Source of the DNA: an uncultured beta proteobacterium
GTDB taxonomy: Bacteria > Pseudomonadota > Gammaproteobacteria > Burkholderiales > Burkholderiaceae_C
DNA: 64,000 bases
Direction: 5' to 3'
NCBI GenBank assembly: GCA_903938815.1
Contig: CAJAES010000027.1
Coordinates: 1,324-65,323 of the forward strand
A program made the position numbers and the translations under genes. This document shows positions 1-10,712 of this stretch, piece after piece. Position 1 is the first letter of the stretch; each line of letters begins with the position of its first letter. Under the pieces are notes generated by a model. It did no database searches. It worked only from the letters and a program-made list of their open reading frames with translations, and was not told where the DNA came from.

Positions 1-476
1 AGTTCCTGCGACTGCCCGGCCAATGCCGCCCGCACCTCGGCCCGCAGTGCGCCGATGCGTGTTTCCATGGCGCGCTGCCGCGCCTGGTAGGCCTGGCGCC
101 AAGGCGTGGCTTCGCGCTCGAAAGCGGTTTTCGCTGAAAAGGCCGCGTCGCCGGTGATGGACCGTTGAAGGTCAGCGCGCACACGATGAAATGTTTCGGT
201 CGTGGCGTTCGCGGCAGCGCAGGCGCCCGAGGCACCCACGGTGTTTCCGGTATTCGCCGCCGTCTTCTGCGAATTGCCCGACGCATTGCCCGACGCATTG
301 CCGCCGGGTGCGGCCCCAAGTACGGTCGATAACGAGATGGCGTCCGTCCACCCCATCCATTGGCTCAATCGTTCCGCAAAGGTCTGTCTGGATTCGCCCG
401 ATTCGGCGATATTCAAGTCCGCGAGAAAACGAATGAGCCCGGAGCTGTTGAAACTCGTGCGCATTGACACTGGCAT
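1..476 (-). CDS. DUF3348-like protein, N-terminal part only (C-terminus lies beyond the window edge)
   Basis: Hand translation of the minus strand gives an open frame from ATG at 476 (MPVSMRTSFNSSGLIRFLADLNIAESGESRQTFAERLSQWMGWTDAISLS...) to position 1. An in-frame stop lies just upstream at 489-491. It is absent from the ORF track because it is truncated. The N-terminal motif resembles the DUF3348 family. Confidence 0.55.
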   Translation of the reverse strand, partial: MPVSMRTSFNSSGLIRFLADLNIAESGESRQTFAERLSQWMGWTDAISLSTVLGAAPGGNASGNASGNSQKTAANTGNTVGASGACAAANATTETFHRVRADLQRSITGDAAFSAKTAFEREATPWRQAYQARQRAMETRIGALRAEVRAALAGQSQE

Positions 477-701
477 TGCGCCTTCAATTTAATTCGAAGA
501 AAAACCAACGATTTTACTACACACGCTTTGGTGTGTTTGGGCTGGCTTGGGCGCGAGCCTCCGGGGCCGGTCTCACGCATACTGCCGGCGGCCAGAGCGA
601 ACGCCACCCGTGATGCTCCCGCCGCACACGCCTGTCCCGCCTGTCCCCGCCACTCCCGCAGTCCCGGCTGCCCGCACTTCGCCTTCCACCCGCACCCGCC
701 C

Positions 702-1622
702 ATGCAAGCCTTGCTGAACGCCATCGCCGAGATGGCCCTGCCCGCCGATGCCCAGCGCGTGTTCCATGGCCGCGGCGGCATGTTCCCGGGTTGCGAGCAC
801 TGGGCGCTCGACTTCTTCCCGCCCGTCTGGGTGCTCACCAGCTTCCAGCCGGTCGCGGAGGACGAACTGGCTTCGGTGCAGGCCGCGCTGGAAGGTCGCT
901 GGCGCCAATTGTCCGGCGACGCGCCGCTCAACTGGGTGCACCAGACCCGCCACGAGGGCCGCAGCCACACCCGTCTGATGGCGGGCGCCGTGCCCGACCC
1001 GCATATGGTGGGCGAAGACGGCGCGCGCTACCGCGTTCATGTGCTCCAGGGCCAGAACCACGGCCTGTTTCTCGACATGGCCGAGGGCCGGCGCTGGGTG
1101 CGGCGCCACATGGACGCCACGCCGGGGCTCAAGGTGCTGAACCTCTTCGCGTACACCTGCGCGTTCTCGGTGGTGGCGCTGCAGGCCGGCGCACGCCAGG
1201 TGGTGAACATGGACATGAGCCACGGCGCGCTGGCCATCGGGCAGCAGAACCATCGCCTCAACGGCATCGAGTCCGGGGCGAGCTTCATGGCCCACGACAT
1301 CTTCAACTCGTGGGGCAAGATCCGCCGCGTCGGCCCCTACGACCTGATCATCGCCGACCCGCCCAGCTACCAGAAGGGCAGCTTCGTGGCCGCCAAGGAC
1401 TACGCGCGCCTGATGCGCCGCCTGCCCGAGCTGCTGGCTCCGGGCGGCTACGCGCTGCTGTGCCTGAACGCGCCCGAACTGGGTGTCGAGTTCCTGCAGG
1501 ACGCGATGCAGGAAGCGGCGCCGTCCCTGGCCTTCGTGGAGCGCGTGCCCAACCCGCCGGCGTTCGTGGATGTGTCGGCGCAGCGCTCGCTCAAGGTGCT
1601 GGCCTACAAGGCGGCCGACTGA
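702..1622 (+). CDS. Class I SAM-dependent methyltransferase (RlmI/RlmK-like catalytic domain)
   Basis: Track ORF 528..1622. The homologous part starts at ATG 702 (MQALLNAIAEMALP). Motifs are VLNLFAYTCAFSVVA (SAM-binding strand) and LIIADPPSYQKG (DPPxY/F catalytic motif). Confidence 0.8.
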   Translation: MQALLNAIAEMALPADAQRVFHGRGGMFPGCEHWALDFFPPVWVLTSFQPVAEDELASVQAALEGRWRQLSGDAPLNWVHQTRHEGRSHTRLMAGAVPDPHMVGEDGARYRVHVLQGQNHGLFLDMAEGRRWVRRHMDATPGLKVLNLFAYTCAFSVVALQAGARQVVNMDMSHGALAIGQQNHRLNGIESGASFMAHDIFNSWGKIRRVGPYDLIIADPPSYQKGSFVAAKDYARLMRRLPELLAPGGYALLCLNAPELGVEFLQDAMQEAAPSLAFVERVPNPPAFVDVSAQRSLKVLAYKAAD

Positions 1623-1691
1623 GTTCGCGACTTCAACCGCCGTCACCGCCACGGACGTGACCGCAGCCGGGTGCAGGTCCACAACCACGCC

Positions 1692-1715
1692 CACGACCAC
1701 GACCACGACCACGAC
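1692..1715. repeat. (CACGAC)x4 hexanucleotide microsatellite inside a longer imperfect CCACGN tract (about 1678-1718)
   Basis: Direct reading: ccacgaccacgaccacgaccacgac, ending 13 nt before ATG 1729. Confidence 0.9.
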
Positions 1716-1728
1716 GACAATCGCTGTC

Positions 1729-2919
1729 ATGACCGATACCCCCGACGACCCCGCCCGCACGCGCTTCCTGGCCCTGCTGGCCGAGCCGTGGCAGCGCCTC
1801 GTGCTGGCCCGGCCGCAGGGCGCGGAGCCGGGCCTGCAGCGCGTCACGGTGCGCCCGCTCACGCTGAAGGGCCAGCCCTGCCTGAGCTTCGTCTTCAGCC
1901 ACGCCACGCGCGACGTCACGAAGAACCTGCCCGTGCAAGAGGGCCTGGCGCAGGTCGCAACGCTGCTCGGCAGCCAGTTTCGCAACGCCCACCTCTTCAC
2001 GCCCACCCAGGAGGTTCAGCTGAAGTTCGGCAAGAAGGGCACCGGCCATGTCAGCACCCAGGCCATGGCTGCCCCGGCGGTCGAAGACGAGGCCGAGGGC
2101 GCCACGCATGACCGCGAGAAGCAGCGCTGGATCGACATCGACCGGCCCTTCCTGACCGCGCTGGGCGTCACCAATGCACAGCACCAGCTGGTGCCTGCGA
2201 TGGCACGCAAATGGAAGCAGATCAACAAGTTCGTCGAGGTCTTCGCGCATGCCGTCGCCCGTTCGCCGCTGGCCGATGCGCCGACGCTGCGCGTGGTCGA
2301 CTTCGGTGCGGGCAAGGCCTACCTGAGCTTCGCCGTCCACGACTGGCTGCGCCACACGCAGGGGCGCAAGGCGGAGGTGGTCGGTGTGGAACTGCGCACC
2401 GACCTCGTGGCACAGGGCAGGCGCACGGTCGAGCAGCTGGGCCTGGAGGGCATGCACATCGAGCAGGGCGACGTGCGCGAGTGGAAGGCCGGCCCGATGA
2501 ACGTGATGATCGCGCTGCATGCCTGCGACACCGCCACGGACCACGCGATCCATCTGGGCATCCAGGCCGGCGCGGAGATCATCCTGTGCTCGCCCTGCTG
2601 CCACAAGCAGCTGCGGCCGCAGCTCCTGAGCCCGCACCCGCTGCGCAGCGTCTTCCAGCACGGCATCCATGCCGAGCAGCAGGCCGAGATGGTGACCGAC
2701 AGCCTGCGCGCGCTGCTGCTGGAATCCCGGGGCTACGACACCCAGGTCTTCGAATTCGTCGCGCTCGAGCACACGCGCAAGAACAAGATGATCCTGGCCG
2801 TCAAGCGCCCCGGCCATCGGCCGCCCGAGAGCGCACTGGCCCAGGTGGAGGAACTCAAGCGCTTCTTCGGCGTGCGGGAACAGGCGCTGGAGACGCTACT
2901 GCAGGCTGACCCGGCCTGA
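1729..2919 (+). CDS. SAM-dependent methyltransferase (Methyltransf_32-like)
   Basis: Track ORF 1483..2919, with an in-frame ATG at 1729 ([17 protein letters not shown]). It has a glycine-rich SAM motif ([13 protein letters not shown]) and [11 protein letters not shown]. The start is uncertain because no clear SD is present. Confidence 0.75.
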   Translation: MTDTPDDPARTRFLALLAEPWQRLVLARPQGAEPGLQRVTVRPLTLKGQPCLSFVFSHATRDVTKNLPVQEGLAQVATLLGSQFRNAHLFTPTQEVQLKFGKKGTGHVSTQAMAAPAVEDEAEGATHDREKQRWIDIDRPFLTALGVTNAQHQLVPAMARKWKQINKFVEVFAHAVARSPLADAPTLRVVDFGAGKAYLSFAVHDWLRHTQGRKAEVVGVELRTDLVAQGRRTVEQLGLEGMHIEQGDVREWKAGPMNVMIALHACDTATDHAIHLGIQAGAEIILCSPCCHKQLRPQLLSPHPLRSVFQHGIHAEQQAEMVTDSLRALLLESRGYDTQVFEFVALEHTRKNKMILAVKRPGHRPPESALAQVEELKRFFGVREQALETLLQADPA

Positions 2920-2960
2920 GGAGCACGGGCGCCGCGCAGAGTCCCCGGCCCTGCGTTCGC

Positions 2961-3773
2961 TCAGCCCGATGCGGCCAGCACCACGGCCGACTCTTCGATG
3001 CCGGCCATCGCCGGCTGCCCGGGCTTGAGCGCATGCCCCGCTTCGGCGAAGCCGACCAGGCTGATGTCGTCCCCCAGGCGCAAGGACACCTCGCCGCCCA
3101 GCGCGGAGCGCGAGGCCCGGGTCACCGTTCCGACGACGAGGTTCCGGGCCGCCGCAGGCTCGATCCCGGCTGCCACGCGCACAGCGGTGGCCTTGCACAG
3201 CGCCAGCACCTGCCGGCCTCGGGCCAGCTGCAGCAACTGGGCGCTCTCCCGGGTGACGCGGGAGAACAGGCGCTCACCGCCCGGCAAGGTCAGTCCGACG
3301 CGCACGAGGCCGCCCGTGGCGCGCAGGCTCGCCACCTCGCAGGGGAACTGATTGCGCATGCTGGTGCGCAGGGCCATGGCGGCCAGGCCCGGGCCGATCC
3401 GCTTGCCGGCCCGGCCGTGCTGCCCGCCGTGGCCGTCCAGGCTGTCCTGAGCGTCCTGGCCGCTAGCCAACATGGCCAGCACATCGGCGCGGGCCTTGTC
3501 GAGCATCGCTGCAGCCTCCAGCACACGGTGGCCGGATGCCGTCAGGACGGCGCCGCCGCCACCGCTGCCACCCACCGCCTTGGCCACCATCGGCGTCCCG
3601 GCGAGGTTGCCGAGCGTCTCGATGGCCTGCCAAGCGGCCTTGTAGCTGACCCCGGCGCGGCGCGCGGCCTCGGAGATGGAGCCACCCTCGCCGATGCGGC
3701 GCAGGATGTCGATGCGCTTGTCGGTGGACTCGTGGCCCAGGACACCGGCCAGGTCGGGCTTGAACGTCGGCAT
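2961..3773 (-). CDS. modE: Molybdate-dependent transcriptional regulator ModE
   Basis: Track ORF 2961..4001 with internal ATG at 3773 ([54 protein letters not shown]). It has an N-terminal HTH plus two Mop/TOBE-like repeats and is divergent from modABC. Confidence 0.85.
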   Translation of the reverse strand: MPTFKPDLAGVLGHESTDKRIDILRRIGEGGSISEAARRAGVSYKAAWQAIETLGNLAGTPMVAKAVGGSGGGGAVLTASGHRVLEAAAMLDKARADVLAMLASGQDAQDSLDGHGGQHGRAGKRIGPGLAAMALRTSMRNQFPCEVASLRATGGLVRVGLTLPGGERLFSRVTRESAQLLQLARGRQVLALCKATAVRVAAGIEPAAARNLVVGTVTRASRSALGGEVSLRLGDDISLVGFAEAGHALKPGQPAMAGIEESAVVLAASG

Positions 3774-3823
3774 GCACCGATGGTATCGACGGACGGCCTG
3801 GCCCGACGCCTCATCTACACTCG

Positions 3824-4601
<778 letters not shown>

Positions 4602-4602
<1 letters not shown>

Positions 4603-5291
4603 TGGCCTTCCCGCTCGGCGACGACGCATGGCAGGCCATCGGCCTGACCCTGAAGCTTGCCACGTCGACCACGTTGGTGCTGATCGTGATCGCCACGCCG
4701 CTGGCCTGGTGGCTTGCCACCACGCACTCGCGCTGGCGCGCGCCTGTCAGCGCGCTCGTCACGCTGCCGCTGGTTCTGCCGCCGACCGTGCTGGGGTTCT
4801 ATCTGCTCGTGCTGATGGGCCCGGACGGCATGCTGGGCCGCCTGAGCACCGCGCTGGGGGTCGGCACCTTGTCGTTCACCTTCACCGGGCTGCTCATCGG
4901 CTCCATCGTCTTTTCCCTGCCGTTCGCCGTGCAGCCGGTGCAGCATGCCTTCGAGGCGCACGGCAGGCGGCCGATGGAGGTGGCCGCCACCTTGCGGGCC
5001 AGCCCCCTGGATGCGTTCTTCAGCGTCGCGCTCCCGCTGGCGCGGACGGGCCTGGTCACCGCGGCCATCCTCAGCTTTGCCCACACGGTGGGGGAGTTCG
5101 GGGTCGTGCTGATGATCGGCGGCAACATTCCCGGGCAGACCCGCGTGGTCTCGACGCAGATCTACGGGCACGTCGAGGCCATGGAATACGCACAGGCGCA
5201 CTGGCTGGCCGGCGGGATGGTGCTGCTGTCGTTTGGCGTGCTGCTGGCCTTGTCGCTGATGAAGCGCCGGCTCGGGCGGGTGATGCCATGA
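4602..5291 (+). CDS. modB: Molybdate ABC transporter permease ModB
   Basis: The ATG at 4602 overlaps the modA TGA. It is the last 229 aa of track ORF 3033..5291 ([20 protein letters not shown]...). It is multi-TM with an EAA-like loop ([20 protein letters not shown]). Confidence 0.9.
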
Positions 5292-6376
5292 CGGCCGGCG
5301 AAGCCAGCCGTGTCCGCCTGCAGCTGTCGAGGCCGGGCTTCGAACTGGACATCGATGTCGCGCTGCCGGCAACGGGCATCACGGTGCTGTTCGGCGCCTC
5401 GGGCTCGGGCAAGACGACGGTGCTGCGCTGCGTGGCTGGCCTTGAGCGGGCACGCAGCGGCCTGGTCCGGGTCGGCACGGAAGTCTGGCAGGACGATGCC
5501 ACCGGTCTCTTCCTGCCCGCCTGGAAGCGGCCCCAGGGCTACGTCTTTCAGGAAGCGTCGCTGTTCGAGCACCTGGATGTCCGCGCGAACATCGAATACG
5601 GCTTGAAGCGGGCTGGCTCGCGCGATGCGATGCACGCCCTGGATTCGGCCATCGACCTGCTCGGCATCCGGCACCTGCTGGGGCGCATGCCGCAACAACT
5701 GTCGGGCGGTGAGCGCCAGCGTGTGGCCATCGCGCGCGCGCTGGCCACCCAGCCCCGTGTGCTGCTGCTGGACGAACCGCTCGCCGCGCTCGATGCCGCT
5801 CGCAAGCAGGAGATCCTGCCCTGGCTGGAGCGGATGCGGGACGAACTGCGCATGCCGATGCTGTACGTCACCCACTCGGCCGAGGAGTTGTCGCGGCTCG
5901 CGGACCATCTGGTGGTGCTCGACAACGGGCGGGTCCAGGCCGAAGGCCCGCCGGCCGGGCTGCTGTCGTCGATCGACACCCCGGTGCTGACGGGTGACGA
6001 TGCCGGCGCGCTGCTGGCAGGGAAGGTGGCCGAACGCGACACCCGCTGGCACCTGAGCCGCGTGGATTTCGACGGCGGCAGCCTGTGGCTGCGCGACAGC
6101 GGCCTGCCGGTGGGGCAGCCCGTGCGCCTGCGGGTGCTGGCCCGCGATGTCAGCATCGCCACCGACGAGCCGCACGACACCAGCATCCAGAACCACCTTC
6201 CCTGCACGATCGAGTCGTCGGCGCCCGACGCGCACCCGTCGCAGGTGCTCGTTCGAGTGCGGGTGGGCCCGTCGGTGCTGCTGGCCCGCATCACCGCCCG
6301 GGCGTTCGATGCCTTGTCGCTGCAGCCCGGGTCGCGTGCCTGGCTGCAGGTGAAGTCGGTGGCGCTGCTGCGCTGA
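5288..6376 (+). CDS. modC: Molybdate ABC transporter ATP-binding protein ModC with C-terminal TOBE domain
   Basis: ATGA overlap with modB. Walker [10 protein letters not shown], signature LSGGERQRV, Walker B LLLDEP. The C-terminal TOBE-like tail is typical of ModC. Confidence 0.9.
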   Translation: MTAGEASRVRLQLSRPGFELDIDVALPATGITVLFGASGSGKTTVLRCVAGLERARSGLVRVGTEVWQDDATGLFLPAWKRPQGYVFQEASLFEHLDVRANIEYGLKRAGSRDAMHALDSAIDLLGIRHLLGRMPQQLSGGERQRVAIARALATQPRVLLLDEPLAALDAARKQEILPWLERMRDELRMPMLYVTHSAEELSRLADHLVVLDNGRVQAEGPPAGLLSSIDTPVLTGDDAGALLAGKVAERDTRWHLSRVDFDGGSLWLRDSGLPVGQPVRLRVLARDVSIATDEPHDTSIQNHLPCTIESSAPDAHPSQVLVRVRVGPSVLLARITARAFDALSLQPGSRAWLQVKSVALLR

Positions 6377-6462
6377 GTCGCAATCGGGGGGCAGGCGCGT
6401 CCCGTGCCCCGTGCCCACCGCTTCTCTGTCTGTGTGACCGGCCGAGCGATGTCGGGTTCCGC

Positions 6463-6924
6463 TCAGTGCTTGTGCGGCGACGTATGCAGTCCGGAGGAGT
6501 TCATGCGCAGCAGTCCGTCGAAAGTCGAGAACCTGGCGCGGTGTGCCACGGGTAGCGAGGCTTCGGCGGCAGCAAGGCCCCGTGCCAGCGCCCCGGCTGT
6601 CGCCGGCTTGATGCCGGCATCGCGCAGCACTCTTTCGTCTTTGAGGCCGTCACCACCGCACATCGCGATTTGCCATCGCGTGCCGTGGCGCAGCAGAAGA
6701 GCCCGTCCGCCGCGCTCGCCCTGTGCCCACCCCGCCAGCGCAGCATCGCCCACGACCACGACGGGCTCGACCTGCAGGCGTGCCTCCGGCTTGTCGAACT
6801 CCGCCATCAGGACGTGACGCACGGCGGCTTGGTCGGCCGTGGCGCCGCCCGCGATGGCACACAGGCTGGTCAACGCGATTGCGGCCGACAACACATGCCT
6901 AAGATTGAATTGGATGACAGTCAT
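6463..6924 (-). CDS. Putative copper uptake system-associated periplasmic protein
   Basis: 153 aa with a signal peptide. The motif GWAQGERGGRALLLRHGTRWQIAMCGGDGL and the His-containing C-terminus match my memory of the accessory protein found downstream of copper-type TonB receptors. It lies 15 nt after the receptor stop. Confidence 0.55.
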   Translation of the reverse strand: MTVIQFNLRHVLSAAIALTSLCAIAGGATADQAAVRHVLMAEFDKPEARLQVEPVVVVGDAALAGWAQGERGGRALLLRHGTRWQIAMCGGDGLKDERVLRDAGIKPATAGALARGLAAAEASLPVAHRARFSTFDGLLRMNSSGLHTSPHKH

Positions 6925-6939
6925 ATCGAGTTTCCGAGG

Positions 6940-8847
6940 TCAGAGGCTGAGGTTGAGTCCGACCTGCGCCGAGCGACCGGGCATCGGGTAGCCGGGACGA
7001 TAGGCATAGTGTCGGTTCGCGAGGTTTTCGAAGGCGGCGAAGATCTCTCCCCGAGGGCCCAGCAACGGAAGTGCATAGGCGGCGCGGAGGTTGAACACGG
7101 CGAAGCCGCCGACTTCGGCGGTGTTCGTTGCTGCGTCGGCGCGGGCCTTGTTCAAGACGAACATCGCGCTCTGGAACTGCGCGTCAGCGCTGACTCTCCA
7201 CGGGCCTTCGCGCCATGTGACTCCCGCCGCCAGCGCGTGCCTGGGTGCATAGGGCAGATCTGCCAGACTGCTGTCCAGCAAGGTCAGGCCGGCAAAGCTG
7301 CTCCAGTCCATGCGCCACTGCTGCGACCAGGTGGCCTCCATCCCGCGCACACTGTAATTCCCCAGGTTGGTGAAGCTCGGCAGCGTCACTGCTGGCGGGA
7401 AGGCGAAGACATAGCGGTCCTTCAGGCTGTCGTGGAACATCGAGACATCAAGGCTTGTGCCGCGTGCCGGCGCCCAGCGCATGCCGAGTTCAACGTGATC
7501 CATTCGCTCCGGCCCGAGGTCGCGCCAGCTGTCCGGCGCGCCAGCGAGGGGGGGCACGATGGCGTTCAGCAACGCCGCATCCAGCCCGGGGTGATTGATG
7601 CCACGCGATGCGGACAGGCGCAGTGCGAACGCATCGCCCAGGGCCAATGTCAGCCCGGCGTGCGGTGCGCTGCTGCTGCCATGGATGTTGTGTCGGTACA
7701 CGCGTACGCCTGCGGACGGCGTCAGCGCCCAGCCATCGTTCAGACTGACGGTGTGTGCCAGAGCGACGTAGGGCGAAACCAGGCGCAGCGAGACACCGTC
7801 GAATGCCGTGAACCCGTTGAATGCCACGCTGCCCTGCATGCGGTCGACGTCGAGCCCCACCACGAGCTCACCGCCGGACCAGGGTTGCGCAACTTCACGC
7901 CAGCGAACGCCGGACAAGTGGAACTCGCTCTCGACCACGGCTGCCGTGGGGTTGTCCCAGAGCCCGGTGCCGTGGTTGTCGTAGACCTGCAGGCGGCCCT
8001 TCCAGTTGCCGTGTTCGTGCCACAGTGACACCGAACCCAGCGTTCCACGCGTCTCGAATGTCCCGGTACGGGCAGCGGGGTCGCCTTGCGGTCCGGGATC
8101 GCTCACCCGGTTGTCGGCGCTCAGTACCAGCGCACCTGCGCGCCATTGCGGGCTCAGTCGAAAGGAACCGCTGGCCATCAGGTTGTCGAGCTTGCCGTCA
8201 GCATCGTCGCGATGCCCGTTGGAGCGCGCGTGGCCCTGTGCCACCGCAAGCTCGCCGTTTCCCGAGCGCACGCTGACATCGACCTGTTCGATCAGCGTCG
8301 AGAAACTGCCAGCCGCCAGCCTCAGGTTTCCACTGACGCCGTCCTGGCCCGGTTGGCGAGGTGTCAGATCGATCGCGGCAAACGTGTTGCCGAATGTCTG
8401 GGGCTGCGGCCCCTTGTAGACCGTGATGCGCTGCATCCCGCCTACCGGCAACAGGTCGAGCAATGCATGGTTCCAAACACCCATGTAGAACGGAATGCCG
8501 TCGACGTAGGTCTTGATCTCGCTTCCCGGGCGGCTGGCCCCCAGGCCGCGAACGTGCACGGCGCCGCCTTCGTCGCCGCCGAACGACCCGACGGGGTTGA
8601 ATCTGGATACCGTGACGCCGGGTGTGCGCCTGAGCGCGCTCGACAGATCCGTGGCGTTGAGGTCACGCAACTGGCCTTCGCCGACTTCTGTGGCCAGGCT
8701 TGCGAATGCGTCAGTCCGATTGCTTTCGATGATCGGGCTGCCAATGACTTCGACGCGCTGCAGCGTTGAAGTCTGCGCGGCGGCGTCGATCGTCAGGGCC
8801 ATGACTCCGAGCATCAGGAGTCGCTTGCCAGGGGTTGGGGTTGTCAT
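6940..8847 (-). CDS. TonB-dependent outer-membrane receptor (copper-type by context)
   Basis: Track ORF 6940..9012. Start chosen at ATG 8847 (MTTPTPGKRLLMLGVMALT..., AGGAA SD 7 nt upstream). It has a plug domain, a beta-barrel and a terminal aromatic (GLNLSL). Flanked by DUF2946 and accessory genes. Confidence 0.85.
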   Translation of the reverse strand: MTTPTPGKRLLMLGVMALTIDAAAQTSTLQRVEVIGSPIIESNRTDAFASLATEVGEGQLRDLNATDLSSALRRTPGVTVSRFNPVGSFGGDEGGAVHVRGLGASRPGSEIKTYVDGIPFYMGVWNHALLDLLPVGGMQRITVYKGPQPQTFGNTFAAIDLTPRQPGQDGVSGNLRLAAGSFSTLIEQVDVSVRSGNGELAVAQGHARSNGHRDDADGKLDNLMASGSFRLSPQWRAGALVLSADNRVSDPGPQGDPAARTGTFETRGTLGSVSLWHEHGNWKGRLQVYDNHGTGLWDNPTAAVVESEFHLSGVRWREVAQPWSGGELVVGLDVDRMQGSVAFNGFTAFDGVSLRLVSPYVALAHTVSLNDGWALTPSAGVRVYRHNIHGSSSAPHAGLTLALGDAFALRLSASRGINHPGLDAALLNAIVPPLAGAPDSWRDLGPERMDHVELGMRWAPARGTSLDVSMFHDSLKDRYVFAFPPAVTLPSFTNLGNYSVRGMEATWSQQWRMDWSSFAGLTLLDSSLADLPYAPRHALAAGVTWREGPWRVSADAQFQSAMFVLNKARADAATNTAEVGGFAVFNLRAAYALPLLGPRGEIFAAFENLANRHYAYRPGYPMPGRSAQVGLNLSL

Positions 8848-9194
8848 CTCAGTTTCCTGTGTCTTGTCGAACATGATTCGGCTTGGGGCGTTGGTCGAAG
8901 TCGTCCGACCGCCAGCCACACCGATGAACGTGCCGCCCCGGGCACGGGTCACGAATTCGCGCCAGGCGGGACGGACCAATCCGGTCGAAACCGCGCCCGG
9001 CGTCCAGGCCAACTGGTGACCGCCGCACCTGAGCTGCCACGCCGTGCGGCGGGGTTCAGGACGGCGGCCGCCCGCTGGATGCGGTCGGTGAGGTACGCGG
9101 CGCTCTCCGCAACGCCGGAGCCGATGCGGATTCCAGTGGTGACGTCAGCGCATCACACGCACGACCGGAGCCGGCTGCGATGGCGCGTCAGGGT

Positions 9195-9587
9195 TCAGGA
9201 GCCTGAGGGCGGCGCTCGCGGCTGCGCGGCAATCCATGCGTGCTGCGTGCGTGGCGCCGACAGAAAGAGGCGGGGAACCTCGAAAAGGACAGCGACGAGG
9301 CCAACGATGGCCGGTGCCGGAGGCATGCCGATGACCGCCGGGTACAGGTGGCAGAACGGACAGTGCTCGAACATGCGAGCTTCCGCCGGCTGCGGATCGG
9401 GCGTCACGCCAACGGAGCTTCCGTCGGCATCGATCCACTTCGATCCCTGTGCAGTGCAGACCTCGATCCAGGCTGTTGACGCCTGGCTGTGCAGGGCATG
9501 CGAGATGGCAGGGGCCAGCGTCACCACAAGCATGGCGAGTGCCGCCATCCATGCTGAAACCCGCCCGTGAAACCGCATCCGTTGCAT
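9195..9587 (-). CDS. DUF2946 family protein
   Basis: 130 aa with an N-terminal TM/signal and the conserved EHCPFCH motif. It sits upstream of the TonB receptor, as is typical for DUF2946. Confidence 0.7.
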   Translation of the reverse strand: MQRMRFHGRVSAWMAALAMLVVTLAPAISHALHSQASTAWIEVCTAQGSKWIDADGSSVGVTPDPQPAEARMFEHCPFCHLYPAVIGMPPAPAIVGLVAVLFEVPRLFLSAPRTQHAWIAAQPRAPPSGS

Positions 9588-9919
9588 CCCCTGATTCTAC
9601 GGGGCACCCGTGGTTTACACCACGCTTCAAGGGCTCGGGCCCCTCAAGCGGGCCTGCCGATGCACTGAAGTTCCGGCGCGTTCGAGCGCGCCAATCCGTT
9701 CGAGAACGAACCGACCGCCCCTCGGCTCCCCGCTACGGTGCCTGGGTCACGACGGTTCGTTCCGAACCTGCCGTGCGCAGGAGCGCTTGTGTTTCGAGCG
9801 ACGCAGCCAGTTATCAGTCATGGGCCTCACCGATGCCGGCAACAAGTCGAACCCGTCGCTCATCCGCTCGCGGTGACGCGCTCAAGCGCGCGATGCCACC
9901 ACGCCGGCCGCGGCGCGGC

Positions 9920-10660
9920 ATGACGGCCGCCCGCTGGCTGCGCCTGCCCGTGCTCTGCCTGCTGTGCCCCTTGCTATGGCTGCAGGCCCGGCACGTGCGG
10001 CGCGTCACGCCGCGCATGCCCGAGCCGCCGGGCAGCCGTGCCGGAACCGACGGCTGCGGCCCGCTGGTGCGTCTGCTGGTGGCCGGTGATTCGGGCGCCG
10101 CTGGCGTGGGCGCCCCGACACAGGAGCAGGCGCTGTGCGGCCAGCTCGTGCGGCTTCTGGGTCGGCATCACACCGTGCAGTGGCGGGTGCTGGCCGTGAA
10201 CGGGCTGGACTCGCTGGGGCTGCTCAAGCTGCTGCAGGACGCGCCGTGCGCGCAGTTCGACGTGGTCGTGCTGTCGATGGGGGCGAATGACGCCACCGGC
10301 CTGTGCGCGCCGCTGCGGTGGGCCGCTTGGCAGGGCCGTCTGGCGGAACTCATCGAACAGCGTTTCGCGCCGGCCCTGCTGGTGCACAGCGCGGTGCCGC
10401 CCATGCATGCCTGTCTGGCGCTGCCGCAACCCCTGCGCTGGTTCATGGGCCACTGGGCCCGGCAGATGAACCAGAGCCTGTCGAGGCTGCTGTGCGAGAA
10501 GGCGGGCCGCACCATGCACTGGCATCCGGATGCGACGGCCACGGCGGGCATGGCGGAAGACGGGATCCACCCGAGTACCGGGTTCTATGCCGCCTGGGCC
10601 GACGGCTTGAGCCAGCGGATCCTCGGCGCCCGGGCGACGGGCGCCGTGGCGGCAGGCTGA
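9920..10660 (+). CDS. SGNH/GDSL hydrolase family protein
   Basis: C-terminal part of track ORF 9449..10660, with ATG at 9920 (an alternative ATG is at 9893). Block I LLVAGDSGAAGVG, block III SMGANDA, block V DGIHPS. Confidence 0.7.
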   Translation: MTAARWLRLPVLCLLCPLLWLQARHVRRVTPRMPEPPGSRAGTDGCGPLVRLLVAGDSGAAGVGAPTQEQALCGQLVRLLGRHHTVQWRVLAVNGLDSLGLLKLLQDAPCAQFDVVVLSMGANDATGLCAPLRWAAWQGRLAELIEQRFAPALLVHSAVPPMHACLALPQPLRWFMGHWARQMNQSLSRLLCEKAGRTMHWHPDATATAGMAEDGIHPSTGFYAAWADGLSQRILGARATGAVAAG

Positions 10661-10712
10661 ACCCGGCAGGGCAGGGGGCAAGGCGCCGCGCGCCACCTCC
10701 TGCTGCGACCGC

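Noticed and set aside
573-2006. Long antisense or off-frame ORFs listed in the track. Examples: 573..2006 -, 12837..14570 -, 20214..21239 +, 21298..22653 -, 26346..28529 -, 30128..32134 -, 36221..38272 -, 38098..39303 +, 40230..41657 -, 42292..44070 -, 49608..51335 -, 58650..61013 +.
   Set aside because: Each lies opposite or out of frame to a gene with clear family motifs. Their translations are Arg/Gly/Ala/Pro-rich with no recognisable domains, which is typical of shadow ORFs in very GC-rich DNA.
1671-2111. His/Asp-rich ORF (MQVHNHAHDHDHDHDD...) as a metal-binding peptide.
   Set aside because: The motif is simply the hexanucleotide repeat read in another frame. The rest of the ORF overlaps the methyltransferase gene out of frame and has shadow-ORF composition.
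8848-9194. Possible cobalamin or other riboswitch in the long leader of the TonB-dependent receptor.
   Set aside because: I read the minus strand for the B12-box/GCCACTG-type core and the AGYCMGgAgaCCkGCc-like element and did not find them. The gene context points to copper, not cobalamin. It is kept only as an unexplained gap.
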